From an uncultured Spirochaetota bacterium (GTDB taxonomy: Bacteria > Spirochaetota > Spirochaetia > SZUA-6 > Fen-1364), in NCBI GenBank assembly GCA_963781885.1, contig CAWAHW010000005.1, forward strand, positions 256,001 through 320,000: a stretch of 64,000 nt of DNA, given 5' to 3'. A model generated the notes under the pieces. It did no database searches. It was not told the DNA's origin and was given only the letters and a program-made list of their open reading frames with translations. This document shows, one piece after another, positions 43,829-54,009 of the stretch (positions are counted from its first letter, which is position 1; each line of letters begins with the position of its first letter). The translations under genes were made by a program, and so were the position numbers.

Positions 43829-44335
43829 TCAGAATCCCGGCTCGTCTGCAGAGGGCCCGTACACGGACGGGACTGGCGCTCCATTCAGCCTGAGATACAC
43901 CGTAAGCTGGCCCCTGTGGTGACCAAGGTGGCTGAAAGTATCTGAAATCACCTCGTGCCTGGGACTTTCGCTCACCACGCGCCCTGCTGAGAGCAAGCGC
44001 CACATGGTAATGAGATATTCGTCGCTTGTGCCGCGAAGAGCTTCGCGGGCCTGGGCCACTGACTGGTACAGAAGCTTCTCGAGGTCTCTCCCAGTTTTCC
44101 ACTCGGGTCGCTTGTACGTTGATCCGCCCACCGGATTAAGGTCCAAAGAGTCCATCATGATCGCCATCGCGATCCAGCTCGGCATGCTCGCAACCAACGC
44201 TGCCAAGTATCCCATCGGCATGGATTTTTCGTGCGGCTTCCAGTCAGGCTTGCCTTCCGGTACACGTTGCAGAACCCTGAGCGAAGAAGGTGTCTCGCGC
44301 TCGAGCTGCGCGAGAAATAGGTCGGTGATCTTCAT
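43829..44335 (-). CDS. DinB/YfiT-family protein (distal array unit)
   Basis: WKPHEKSM, H..HHRGQLTVYLR, VPSVYGPSADE. Confidence 0.88.
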   Translation of the reverse strand: MKITDLFLAQLERETPSSLRVLQRVPEGKPDWKPHEKSMPMGYLAALVASMPSWIAMAIMMDSLDLNPVGGSTYKRPEWKTGRDLEKLLYQSVAQAREALRGTSDEYLITMWRLLSAGRVVSESPRHEVISDTFSHLGHHRGQLTVYLRLNGAPVPSVYGPSADEPGF

Positions 44336-44472
44336 GACTCAAAGGTAATAATGTCAACTGAGCAAAACAATCATGTCATTCCGTTTTGTCCCTACGCTGC
44401 TTCGCGGAGAGCTGAACTCACGCCATGCCTAAATCCGGCACCTAAATCCGGCATGGACGCTTTCCTGGGCCT

Positions 44473-44587
44473 GTATAACATAGAGTTGAGCACCCGGCCC
44501 GCATCAGAACAGCCCCACACGGATTTGCACCGGAAGCGGGTCTATTGGAGAAAATTCAGCCTGGAGTGCTCCAACGACTTGTTAGGA
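44473..44587 (-). repeat. attC site 1 (family A)
   Basis: + strand GTATAAC atagaGTTGAGC ... GCTCCAAC gactt GTTAGGA; R and L boxes with 5-bp spacers. Confidence 0.9.
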
Positions 44588-44615
44588 CGACTCCCGCCGG
44601 CTCCTTACTTTCCGC

Positions 44616-45200
44616 TCACCAAATCCCTGGGAGTAGTTTCTTCGTTCTCTTCTGGTAAGCCACATAGTCTGAGCCCATTCCTTGTGCAAGTGCCCTTTCC
44701 TCAATTTGAATGCGGTAGATCAGAGAGGCGGTAGGAAGACATACAGCTACTCCAAGAGAAATCCAATCCTTTGAAATTATGCCGTACCCAAGGAAGAACA
44801 GGATGATCCCCGCATATGAGGGGTGCCGAATGAAACGGTAGGGGCCCTTGTCGATGACTTTCTGTCCTTTTTCCAATTCTATAGTTGTTCGGAAGAACCT
44901 TCCCAGACTTATAATCGACCAGTGACGCAGAATCAGTCCCAGCAGCATGATGCCAATTCCGATCCAAAGAACTGCTAAAGCACCTTGTTGGGTTCCAAAA
45001 GGAAGAACCTTAACCCAATTGAAGACCAGCCCAAGGGTCAATGATACAACCGTTGCTGCCGTGTTGTAGTTCCTTGTCCTTCGATCGATGTCGGTGGTTC
45101 CCATCCCACGCGCTCGATCTTTGAGGATCAGGTATGCTTCGGCCCCTAGCCACACAACGGCGGCGAGAATCTTTGCTATGGAGTCAACGTATGTGATCAT
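44616..45200 (-). CDS. Isoprenylcysteine carboxylmethyltransferase-family membrane protein (cassette)
   Basis: LGRFF, GPYRFIRHPSY, RI..EE, Y..Y...T.KL.P. Confidence 0.88.
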   Translation of the reverse strand: MITYVDSIAKILAAVVWLGAEAYLILKDRARGMGTTDIDRRTRNYNTAATVVSLTLGLVFNWVKVLPFGTQQGALAVLWIGIGIMLLGLILRHWSIISLGRFFRTTIELEKGQKVIDKGPYRFIRHPSYAGIILFFLGYGIISKDWISLGVAVCLPTASLIYRIQIEERALAQGMGSDYVAYQKRTKKLLPGIW

Positions 45201-45296
45201 TACACCCTCGTTGAACGAGTTCAGACGCAATGGTAAAGGATGTTGGCAGTCAACCACAGACGGTACTCAAGAGACTACCCATGCGAACACGCCGTG

Positions 45297-45412
45297 TCCT
45301 AACATAGAGTTCAGCACCCGGCCCGTATCAGACCAAAACCACAAAGATTTGCGCCTGCAGCGGGTCTAATGGACCAAATTCTCGCCCGGAGTGCTCCAAC
45401 GATTTGTTATGC
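45297..45412 (-). repeat. attC site 2 (family A)
   Basis: TCCTAAC...GTTATGC with family consensus. Confidence 0.9.
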
Positions 45413-45464
45413 GATTGCGTAATGGGAAGGCTCACAAAGATAGGGAAACCGGCCGCGCCCACCT

Positions 45465-46067
45465 CTATCCGGTGCTCTTCGCGACGCACAGCCCGTCCAT
45501 CAGTAGCTTCCACACGTCGTTGTACGCCACGTCAATAGCCGGGTCAGCCCACTCGGCGGCGTGAGCCGGATGGTGGAACCCTGACGTGGCGAACAACACC
45601 GCCCGGCCGGCGGCCACAGGGTCGACGGTGCGGAACGTGCCTTCCTTCACGCCGGAGCGGATGACCATCGCGGCCAGCCCGACCAACACGTCGAGGTAGC
45701 CGGCGGCGATGGAGTGAGGGTCGGCCGCCAGCGCTCGATAGGTGGCGAATAGCTCCGGGTCGGCGGCGGCCCGGCGGCGTTTAACGGCGATCAGGGCGTC
45801 GAATAGCTGTCGTAACCGCTGCGGGGCCGGACCCGGCAGGGCGGCGATGGCCCGCAAGGGGGCAATGGTTTCCTCCACCCACCGGCCGACGACCAGGTCC
45901 ATCAGCTCGGCTTTGGTTGCCACGTGCTGGTAAACGGCCGCATGGCTCACGCCTAGTGCCCGGGCCACGTCCACCACGTTCGCCTTGGCTAGGCCGAACC
46001 GACGGATGACGCCTTCGGCCGCGGCCAGGATCCGGTCGCGGGTGAGCGGGGCGTTAGCGGCGGGCAT
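45465..46067 (-). CDS. TetR family regulator (cassette)
   Basis: N-terminal HTH DVARALGVSHAAVY.H...K. Confidence 0.9.
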   Translation of the reverse strand: MPAANAPLTRDRILAAAEGVIRRFGLAKANVVDVARALGVSHAAVYQHVATKAELMDLVVGRWVEETIAPLRAIAALPGPAPQRLRQLFDALIAVKRRRAAADPELFATYRALAADPHSIAAGYLDVLVGLAAMVIRSGVKEGTFRTVDPVAAGRAVLFATSGFHHPAHAAEWADPAIDVAYNDVWKLLMDGLCVAKSTG

Positions 46068-46136
46068 GTGAACCTCTCGTCACGCCGGCTCCCTGTTTCG
46101 GTATTCTATGAGAGGGGACCAGAGAGCCTGCCATAA

Positions 46137-47027
46137 TCAGTACTTCACCGCCGCAGCAGCGGCGATCCCGTCCAACTCCGCCAAGGTTTGCGGCGTCAGC
46201 GTCAACTGACCGGCGGCCAAGTTCTCACGGAGGTGGGCGACCGACGACGTGCCGGGGATCAGCAGGATGTTGGGCGACCGGTGCAGCAGCCACGCCAAGG
46301 CCACCTGCATCGGCGTGGCCATGAGCCGGACCGCGACGTCCGATAGAGTGGACGACTGCAGCGGCGTGAACCCGCCGAGCGGGAAAAACGGCACGTACGC
46401 GATGCCCTGCCGGGCCAAGTCGTCGACTAGGGCGTCGTCGTGGCGGGAGGCAAGGTTGTAGTTATTCTGCACGCACACGATGTCGGTGATCGCCTGCGCC
46501 TCGGCTACCTGGGCGGCCGTGACATTGCTCAGGCCGATGTGGCGGATCAGCCCCTTGCGCCGCAGGTCGGCCAGCGCCGTCACCTGCTCGGCAACGGACC
46601 CCTCCTCGAGTCCGTGGCCCGACCCCATCACGCGGTAGTTGACGACGTCGAGCGCGTTCAGGCCCAGATTGTGGAGGTTGTCGTGGACGCCGGCGGTCAA
46701 CTCTTCGGGCGAGATGGCCAGCTGCCACGACTTGTCGGTCGGTCGGCGGGTTCCGAGCTTGGTGACGATCACCAACCCGGCCGGGTAGGGATGCAGAGCC
46801 TGCCGGATTATCTGGTTGGTGAAATGCGGGCCGTAGAAGTCAGAGGTGTCGATATGGTTCACGCCAGCCGTGATGGCCTCGCGGAGGACGGCGACGGCAC
46901 GGTCTGGGTCCTTGGGCGGTCCCCACACGCCGGGGCCGGCCAGCTGCATCGCGCCGTAGCCTATCCGTTGGACTGTTAATGACGTGCCGGGGAACGTGAA
47001 CCGGCCGCCGAGCTTGTCTTCATTCAT
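46137..47027 (-). CDS. Aldo/keto reductase (YdbC-like; same cassette as TetR)
   Basis: IGYGAMQL, IDTSDFYG, IGLSNV, IPGTSS..HLREN. Confidence 0.92.
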   Translation of the reverse strand: MNEDKLGGRFTFPGTSLTVQRIGYGAMQLAGPGVWGPPKDPDRAVAVLREAITAGVNHIDTSDFYGPHFTNQIIRQALHPYPAGLVIVTKLGTRRPTDKSWQLAISPEELTAGVHDNLHNLGLNALDVVNYRVMGSGHGLEEGSVAEQVTALADLRRKGLIRHIGLSNVTAAQVAEAQAITDIVCVQNNYNLASRHDDALVDDLARQGIAYVPFFPLGGFTPLQSSTLSDVAVRLMATPMQVALAWLLHRSPNILLIPGTSSVAHLRENLAAGQLTLTPQTLAELDGIAAAAAVKY

Positions 47028-47360
47028 AGTGTTGCTCCTTTCCAGTGCTGACAGAAGCAAGAATACGCGATTTGGTTACAAAAGTCAAATATTGAAATCA
47101 GTAATCTGAAACTGAAACAGTTGGGGACTCTCCGGCAAACTGTATTGCATTGCGGCGCAAAGCCGACCGCCGACGGCATTCGTGGTCTTGGCTGGCAAAG
47201 ACCGAGGGGAAACAGGGACGAACCCCACACTGCCCGATTCACTGGAGGATCGTGCCCGAGCATCAAACGCGCGGCAGTTCACCCATCCGCTTCAGCTTTT
47301 CGTCTCCATCGCCTCCGCATCACCGGCTCGATCTGTTGTTCCCCGGGGAATCTACAATTC

Positions 47361-47475
47361 GCATAACATAGAGTTGACCAGCGCCGCCGCATCATCCAGC
47401 CCCACCCGACGATTAGGATTCCGTTGGGTCTATCCGGGCAAATTCCAAGGCGACTGGTCCAACGATTTGTTATGC
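47361..47475 (-). repeat. attC site 3 (family B)
   Basis: GCATAAC atagaGTTGACC ... GGTCCAAC gattt GTTATGC; internal sequence shared with site 8. Confidence 0.88.
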
Positions 47476-47542
47476 GTTCACTTCCTATCTTGAGATATCC
47501 CAATATGGATAATCATCGACATTCGGAATACAGGCTCCTTAG

Positions 47543-48834
47543 CAGGGTGTTGAAGAAGTTCTTGTTGGAGAAATCATTATCTCCTCAGCGGTGCTATTTG
47601 GGGTCCTCGATTGCGGATCAGAAATTGGGGCCATTGTGGGCTTGGCCCCGTTTGGCCTCTACACGGATAGCTGAGCCGACAGATTACGGATTCGGACCAT
47701 ATTGTAGACGGCCATGGCAAGAGTGAATCCCCAACCGACGCGTTGTACCCCACGGAAGCGAGTCTTTCGATATCCTCCGACGGTCTTCATCCAGCCAAAG
47801 ATCTCTTCCACTCGTTTGCGAACGCGCTGACTGATCACATAGCCTTCGCAACGAACGGTGCGTCCATCAACGGCGGAATGATCCTTGCGCTGCGCAACGT
47901 GGGGAGTAGCGTTCAGCTTACGCAACTCCTTGACACAAGATCTTCTGTCGTAGCCCTTGTCCATGCCAACGGTAATGCGGTAATTGCCCGGGATCGCTTT
48001 CACCATCTCCACGGCCGCCTCTGGCTCGGCGGTACCGCTGCTGATGCTCAGGCGATGCTCCACCACCAACCCGTTGCGGTTTTCCATCAGCAGGTGGCCC
48101 ATATAGCTCAGCCGTGCTTCCCCTCCGTGGCTCTTCTTTGACAGCCGTGCATCGGGGTCCGTCGTCGAGGCGTGTGTCTCGTTGCTCCTCTTTTCTCCGC
48201 GGTAGTCAACATCTGCGTTGCGACCGTTTTCGCCACTTGTTGGTCCCGAGGGTCCTCCCTCTTTCGGCTGGAAGCTCTTTTGAGATGCCCAGGCTTCAAT
48301 GAGTGTCCCGTCGACAGTGAAATGCTCATCAGACAGCAGCCCCTGCTCTCGGGCCTGCTCCCTAATCTGGATAAAGAACTTCGCCACGATGTCCGCGTTC
48401 AGCAGCCGATCCCGATTCTTGGAGAATGTGGAGTGGTCCCAGAACCTCGTCTTCCATCGACAGTCCGACGAACCAGCGGAACAACAGATTATAGTTCAAT
48501 TCCTCCATCAGTAGCCTTTCACTGCGGATGGAGTACAACACCTGGAGCAACAGCGCCCGAATGAGCTTCTCCGGCGGAATCGATGGCCGACCGGTAGCGG
48601 AATACATCTTGTTGAAATCTGCCGACAGTCCCTTCAAAGCGCGATTCGCCATTTCCTTTACCACCCGTAGCGGATGGTTAGACGGCACACGGTCTGCAGG
48701 TGAGTGATAACTAAAGATGCTGTCTTGTTCCTGATTCGCGCCTCTCATCGACTCCCTCCCTGGAAATCCTGCTTCACAAGATTACCAAGGAACGAAGCCT
48801 TACTCAATGAAAAGCTGAGTTTTTCAACACCCTG
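47543..48834 (-). mobile_element. IS5-family element; transposase 47659..48748 frameshifted near 48442
   Basis: TIRs CAGGGTGTTGAA / TTCAACACCCTG, 4-bp TSD TTAG (47539-42, 48835-38); GRPSIPPE, VDGT, DKGYD, RVEEIFGW motifs. Confidence 0.92.
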
Positions 48835-48942
48835 TTAGAAGGCCAAGCACGAATTCCAAAGGTTGCATTGGAGTCGCGAATCGCAGAATCATTCGGGCTT
48901 TGCGCTCAAATGGGACAGCGCTATCTATCCATGTCAATTTCA

Positions 48943-49371
48943 CTAATGCCCAGAAGGATTAGTGGTCCACGTCATGGACTTAATCTTTCCATCTTGAACG
49001 ATAGAAACGACTTTTAGCAGACCCCAGTTAGTAAAACCGCCAGAATCTTTAATAGCAAAGATGCCAGTCACATTCACTCCACTGGCATTCAATTCAATAA
49101 CTTTTAGTTGTGTTTTTAGAGGAAACATGGTATTGGTAAAGAAGCCGAGCAGCTTCTTGATGCCTTTGGGTTGCCCCCATGCGGTTATCAGCTGCCCGTC
49201 ATCGGCGAAGTAGCTGGTTGCCTTTTCGGCTTGCACGTTGTTGATGGTATCAAACAAGCCGTTTACAATAGCAATAGGATCAGTTGCTTGCGCTACTGTA
49301 TCATCTGCAAGCAAATGAGCGGGAAAAAATGATGCAAATAAAAGTACAAGAATGATAGGACGCTTTGTCAT
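48943..49371 (-). CDS. Secreted protein, possible NTF2/SnoaL-like fold (cassette)
   Basis: Signal peptide; ..YFADD.. and ..DGKI.. patterns. Confidence 0.65.
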   Translation of the reverse strand: MTKRPIILVLLFASFFPAHLLADDTVAQATDPIAIVNGLFDTINNVQAEKATSYFADDGQLITAWGQPKGIKKLLGFFTNTMFPLKTQLKVIELNASGVNVTGIFAIKDSGGFTNWGLLKVVSIVQDGKIKSMTWTTNPSGH

Positions 49372-49470
49372 CTGCTTTCTCCTTCTTTTTTGATGTTCGC
49401 GTGCGTTCTTTCCAGCACATTGAGCGGAATGATATATTGATCGCCTACAGCATTGCAAGGAGCTGTGAAC

Positions 49471-49584
49471 GCATAACATAGAGTTGAGCACCCGGCCCGC
49501 ATTAGACAGCACCACACCGATTTGCTCCGGAAGCGGGTCTATTGAAGCAAATTCAGCCTGGAGTGCTCCAACGATTTGTTATGA
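49471..49584 (-). repeat. attC site 4 (family A)
   Basis: GCATAAC...GTTATGA. Confidence 0.9.
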
Positions 49585-49621
49585 TCCACCCTTTCAGATC
49601 TCAGCAGTATGCAAAACAGCC

Positions 49622-49891
49622 CTATTCTCCGTAATGAGTCCACATTCGGATTACCTTTACGGCCTTTTGTTTCTCATATACTTGATAGACTATTCTATGG
49701 TGAATGTTGATTCTACGCGAGAAAGCACCAGACAAATCTCCGAGCAGCTTCTCATATGGTGGATATGGAGAAAAGGGATTCTGCTCAATTATGCGCAATA
49801 GCCTCTCAGTTTGAGGGCGTAGTCCCGCCCTTGCAAGGTTTTTGGCATCCTTTTGTGCCTGCTTGGTGAAATAGAGCCGATATTTTACCAT
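49622..49891 (-). CDS. yoeB: YoeB/Txe toxin
   Basis: E.L.GDL.G..SRRI...HR.VY, C-terminal HY. Confidence 0.92.
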   Translation of the reverse strand: MVKYRLYFTKQAQKDAKNLARAGLRPQTERLLRIIEQNPFSPYPPYEKLLGDLSGAFSRRINIHHRIVYQVYEKQKAVKVIRMWTHYGE

Positions 49892-50127
49892 TCCAATGCG
49901 GTGGAACTTTTTTCTATGGGTTCTTTCATACCCTTGACGATGGAATCCCGCATCCCAGGAATTGAAAGTAGGTAAAGGGTTTCCTCGATCGAACGCCAGT
50001 CTTCTTCTGCCACGAGAACAGCCGAGTTGTTCTTACCGGTGATATGTACAGGTTCATGAGTATCGGAGAGCTTTTCCACAAGCTTATACAGATTCTTTCG
50101 TGCATTGGTGATGTTGATGCTACTCAA
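49885..50127 (-). CDS. yefM: YefM/Phd antitoxin
   Basis: ARKNLYKL, EPV.IT, ETLYL; overlaps the toxin gene. Confidence 0.92.
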   Translation of the reverse strand: MSSINITNARKNLYKLVEKLSDTHEPVHITGKNNSAVLVAEEDWRSIEETLYLLSIPGMRDSIVKGMKEPIEKSSTALEW

Positions 50128-50159
50128 TTGCTTCCTCTGTGTACGCCATTACGTACGCT

Positions 50160-50188
50160 AATCTACTTCGGTTAACAAGAATTGTCAA
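50160..50188 (-). promoter_or_regulatory. Cassette-internal promoter of yefM-yoeB
   Basis: Minus strand TTGACA, 17 bp, TAGATT, followed by GTAC-centred repeats (likely operator). Confidence 0.7.
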
Positions 50189-50348
50189 GTCTTGTTGCCG
50201 CGAGTTTGCAGGTTCAATTCTTGCCAGCTTCCCAGAGACGCTGGATTGAGCTTCCCCCATTTGACAGTCATCGGTTGGAGCGACTAACGGCAACCCTACC
50301 TGATGAATAGGGTATTGGCCTGCAACCTGTACATGATATTCTTGTGGA

Positions 50349-50463
50349 TCATAACAACGAGTTGAGCACCCGGCCCGCATCAGAATTGCACCACACCGAT
50401 TGGCTCCGGAAGCGGGTCTATTGGAGCAAATTCAGCCTGGAGTGCTCCAACGATTTGTTATCT
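50349..50463 (-). repeat. attC site 5 (family A)
   Basis: TCATAAC...GTTATCT. Confidence 0.9.
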
Positions 50464-50470
50464 GGCGTGC

Positions 50471-51286
50471 CTATTGGTCCGTCATTACTATGTTTGTCCC
50501 ATCTCCGACAAGTTCTGGCTCAAGGCCGACAATCTTGCCTGTCACGCTTATCTTTGCACCTTTGCTGATTCTTGGGATATCATTTCTATTGGTATAGAAA
50601 GATAAGAAAACGTAGTCAGACAAAGGATTCCAATCACCTTTTGGCAAACGGACCATTGCCGTTACCTTGTACTTGTACGTAGGAAACTTCTCATTCTTGT
50701 TTAGAGTGACCTGGGTCACGTCCATGACAAAGGTTGGAGTTATTCCGCTCAGAACGTCGTTCACGAACATATCCAAAGTCAAATCAGTCAAGGTTTTCAT
50801 TGCAGCATTGATAAAATATAGATCGGAAAGCGCTGCCAGTTTGGCGGCATCATACAGATTTTTGTCTGCCATGACTTCGGCAATACGGCTAACAAGCTTT
50901 TTTTCCAAATCAGCCTCCTGCGGATGAATCGGCCATATTTCCTTGCTGTCCGTCCAGCCGCCATTTCTTTCAAGCATAATATTTGCCTGTGAAAATCTGA
51001 CTTGGTCGCCATCTATCGATAGAGATAGATCAAAAACTTGCCGATTCATCATTTCGGTAGTTTGGACGTTCGCGATAGTTATTTCATTTTTGAATATTTC
51101 CGCAGAAGAAAAGTAAGATGCTGCAAAACTGTTAACACTGAACAACCCCGGATTTTTGGCCTGTAGCTCGGTAACTGCTTGATATACAGCTGGATATGCA
51201 AGCTCATTTGCATTTGCGACCTGCGCAAGGGCAGCTATAGGAAGCTGCAAGAGAATCAAACCAGCGAGAAATCTTCTGTTCATCAT
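50471..51286 (-). CDS. Hypothetical secreted protein (cassette)
   Basis: Signal peptide MMNRRFLAGLILLQLPIAALA; fills the cassette, stop 7 bp from attC. Confidence 0.75.
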   Translation of the reverse strand: MMNRRFLAGLILLQLPIAALAQVANANELAYPAVYQAVTELQAKNPGLFSVNSFAASYFSSAEIFKNEITIANVQTTEMMNRQVFDLSLSIDGDQVRFSQANIMLERNGGWTDSKEIWPIHPQEADLEKKLVSRIAEVMADKNLYDAAKLAALSDLYFINAAMKTLTDLTLDMFVNDVLSGITPTFVMDVTQVTLNKNEKFPTYKYKVTAMVRLPKGDWNPLSDYVFLSFYTNRNDIPRISKGAKISVTGKIVGLEPELVGDGTNIVMTDQ

Positions 51287-51370
51287 AGGCCACCTTCTGT
51301 TTGGATCGTTTTGAGGCATTGTTATAGAAAAAAGTGTCTTTTATCAAGTAACCCGGAATCAGACCACGCC

Positions 51371-51485
51371 AGATAACATAGAGTTCAGTACCCGGCCCGC
51401 ATCAGAACGGCACCACCCCGATTTGCTACGGAAGCGGGTCTAATGGAGCAAATTCTGCCTGGAGTGCTGCAACGATTTGTTATGT
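51371..51485 (-). repeat. attC site 6 (family A)
   Basis: AGATAAC...GTTATGT. Confidence 0.9.
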
Positions 51486-51828
51486 TCAAGGCAGAATGGA
51501 CTTGTAGTCCTACGCCATGCAGAAGTCAATTCTTTTGGCCAGAATTGCGTCCGTAGGTTTTGCCACGAGCGGCTTTGCCACGGTCTGCGGGGATTGGGCA
51601 ATAGGTACAGGCGCAAAGCTGAGCGCGGCTCTGTTTCCCGCTGCGTCCGGACTGAACGGAAGAAAAGAAGTACTTGATCGTCCAGGCTTGGGACACCGGA
51701 AAGAAAAAATCTTTCGGACCAAGGGCCGCGATGTTTCAGAGGCCCAAATAGACCTGACCTTTTGAAGACTCTTCAACCATCCAAAGATTCTGGGAGAAGG
51801 TGAAAGTCCAGTTTCATTTGAACATAAC
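51479..51828. other. Apparently gene-less cassette, copy 1
   Basis: 350 bp between attC6 and attC7; homologous to 56559-56908. Confidence 0.7.
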
Positions 51829-53196
51829 ATATAGTTGAGCACCCGGCCCGCATCAGAGCGCGACATTGTGTACGTGGACATTGGCGTCTTAATGAAACAG
51901 ATTCTAGCCCGGAGTCGCCTATACTGAGTTTGGTGGACACGGTAGCATGAGGTAACTGAGCGAAAAGGAAAAGATGAAAGAGCAACGTAGATATAGTGCT
52001 GAGCTGAAAGCTGAAGCTGTAAAGATGGTACTCGAGCAGGGGCTGACCCAGAAAGAGACCGGGAAACGGTTGTCGATTCCCAAGGGGAATATCGGGAACT
52101 GGGTCGGAGCGGCCAGGACAGTCCTCCGCAACGGCAGCCCTGGAGAGCAATCGGTGGCAGAGCTTGCACGCGAGAATGCTCGCCTGAGGAAAGAACTGGC
52201 CGAAGCCCGCATGGAGCGGGAAATCTTAAAAAAAGCCACGGCGTACTTCGCAAAGGAGTCATTGCCCGGTACGCGTTCATGAAGGCCTACAGGCTCGTGT
52301 ATCCAACAAAGCTCATGGCGAGGGTGCTTGAGGTATCCCGTAGCGGATACTACAAGTGGCTGACCCGTGGACCGTCACGCAGAGAGATTCAGGATTCAGT
52401 GTTGAAGAGGCTGATCAGCTGCGCGCACAAACGAAGCAGGGGCACCTACGGCCCGCTCAGGCTCCAAGAGGAACTGGCGGCTGAAAACCAGCAGGTTGGG
52501 CGCGATCATATTTCCCGCCTGAGAAAGGAGATGGGACTGAAGTGCATCCAGCAGAAAAAGTTTAAAGTCACGACAGACTCCAAGCATCATTTGCCGGTGG
52601 CAGCGAACTTGCTGGCACAGGAGTTCTCCGTGTCGCTGCCCTCGACAGTGTGGGGGACGGATATCACCTATATCCCCACCGACGAAGGGTGGCTGTACCT
52701 TGCGGGGGTGAAGGATTTCGCAACTCGTGAGATCGTTGGCTACGCCATGGCCGGCAGAATGACGACGCAGCTCGTGCAGGATGCCTTGAAAAAGGCATTG
52801 CAATTTAGAAAGCCATCGCGCGGCTGCATTCACCATTCCGATCGAGGAAGCCAATACTGTGCCGCGGAGTATCGCAGGGACGTGGAGAAGGCGGGAATGA
52901 TTGCCTCCATGTCGCGAAAGGGAAATTGCTATGACAACGCCCCCACGGAGAGTTTTTGGGGTCACCTCAAGCAGGAATTGATTTACCACCGCCATTTTCA
53001 GACACGCAACGAAGCCATAGCGGTAATCAGGGAATACATCGAGATCTTCTACAACCGAATACGTCGTCATTCGGCTCTCGGCAACACGGCTCCGTCCGTT
53101 TATGCCGAAACATATTACTCACAAAGGAGAATCGCCTGAGTCCTCACTGTCCACTATTGACAGTACAGGCCAGAGTGCTCCAACGTGTTGTTAGAT
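51822..53196 (-). repeat. attC site 7 (family A) split by IS3 (51822-51914 + 53176-53196)
   Basis: Removing the IS and one GAG copy restores ...CCGGAG TGCTCCAAC..GTTAGAT, 114 bp. Confidence 0.88.
51915..53172 (+). mobile_element. IS3-family element (orfA 51974..52282, orfB 52279..53139)
   Basis: 25-bp imperfect TIRs, 3-bp TSD GAG, A7G slippery site at 52228-35, WGTDITY/HSDRGSQY/DNA..ESF DDE motifs. Confidence 0.95.
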
Positions 53197-53298
53197 TCAA
53201 GAAATCTTTGCAACGGATGCAAGGCGGCCACCGGGCATGAAAGCCAACAAATCCCGGGCGCCGGCATCCACTGTGGACACGTATTTAGGAAGACTTAG

Positions 53299-53852
53299 AA
53301 CCCCACCGCCTATGGCGGTGGTTATGTCCTGATGGCTGTGCCGTAAGACCGATTGCGAATAAGATAACGGAATGGCGAAATGGAGGAAACAGTCGCACGT
53401 GGTCTACCAGTGCAGCTACCACATAGTATGGTGCCCAAAATACCGATTTCGGATTCTAGAAGGAGCCGTAGCGAAGTATGTCGAAGAACGTATCAGGACT
53501 ATCTGCGAGTGGAAGGATAGTGAGATAGAGGAACTGAGTGTGATGAAGGATCACGTGCACCTGGTGGTGAACGTTCCTCCGAAAGTATCGCTATCAGAGT
53601 TGATGGGATTCCTGAAAGGCAAGACGGCAATTGGGTTGTTCAAAACCTACAGGAACCTCAGGAAGAAGCCATACTGGGGGAATCATTTCTGGAGCCGCGG
53701 TTATTGTGTAACGACCATAGGGCTGGACGAAGAAAAGATACGGCGCTACGTGCGATACCAGGAAGAGAAGGAGCGGCTCGAAGAAAGAGAGCGCGAAGAA
53801 CCGGGCCTCTTTTAGAGGCCGGGGTTCAAATCCACCGCCTCAGGCGGTGGAT
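53299..53852 (+). mobile_element. tnpA: IS200-type element (tnpA 53372..53815, no tnpB); ends approximate
   Basis: Y1 HUH motifs YHIVW.PKYR, DHVH, FWSRGY; subterminal hairpins CCACCGCC-n3-GGCGGTGG at 53303-21 and 53830-52. Confidence 0.92.
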
Positions 53853-54009
53853 GCTTTAAGCCGCAACCGAACTTACGGCAGCTGGTCTAATGGAAGTCAA
53901 GCACAGCTTAGCAGCAACCTTACCCCAAGAATTCCATAACCGAAAAAGACTGACGGTAGCTGGTTTGAGTTGCAGGGCATAGAAAGAAGAAAGACTACTG
54001 GGAGATTGA

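Noticed and set aside
44428-44453. Tandem 13-bp duplication CCTAAATCCGGCA x2 upstream of the DinB gene
   Set aside because: Only two copies and no other support; likely local slippage.
44351-44734. Small ORFs translating through attC sites (recurrent 'NIELSTRPAS...ECSNDLL' peptides)
   Set aside because: These are translations of the repeat itself, not a protein family.
53372-53860. Possible TnpB/RNA-guided system with the IS200 element
   Set aside because: The right-end hairpin follows tnpA directly; no tnpB ORF.
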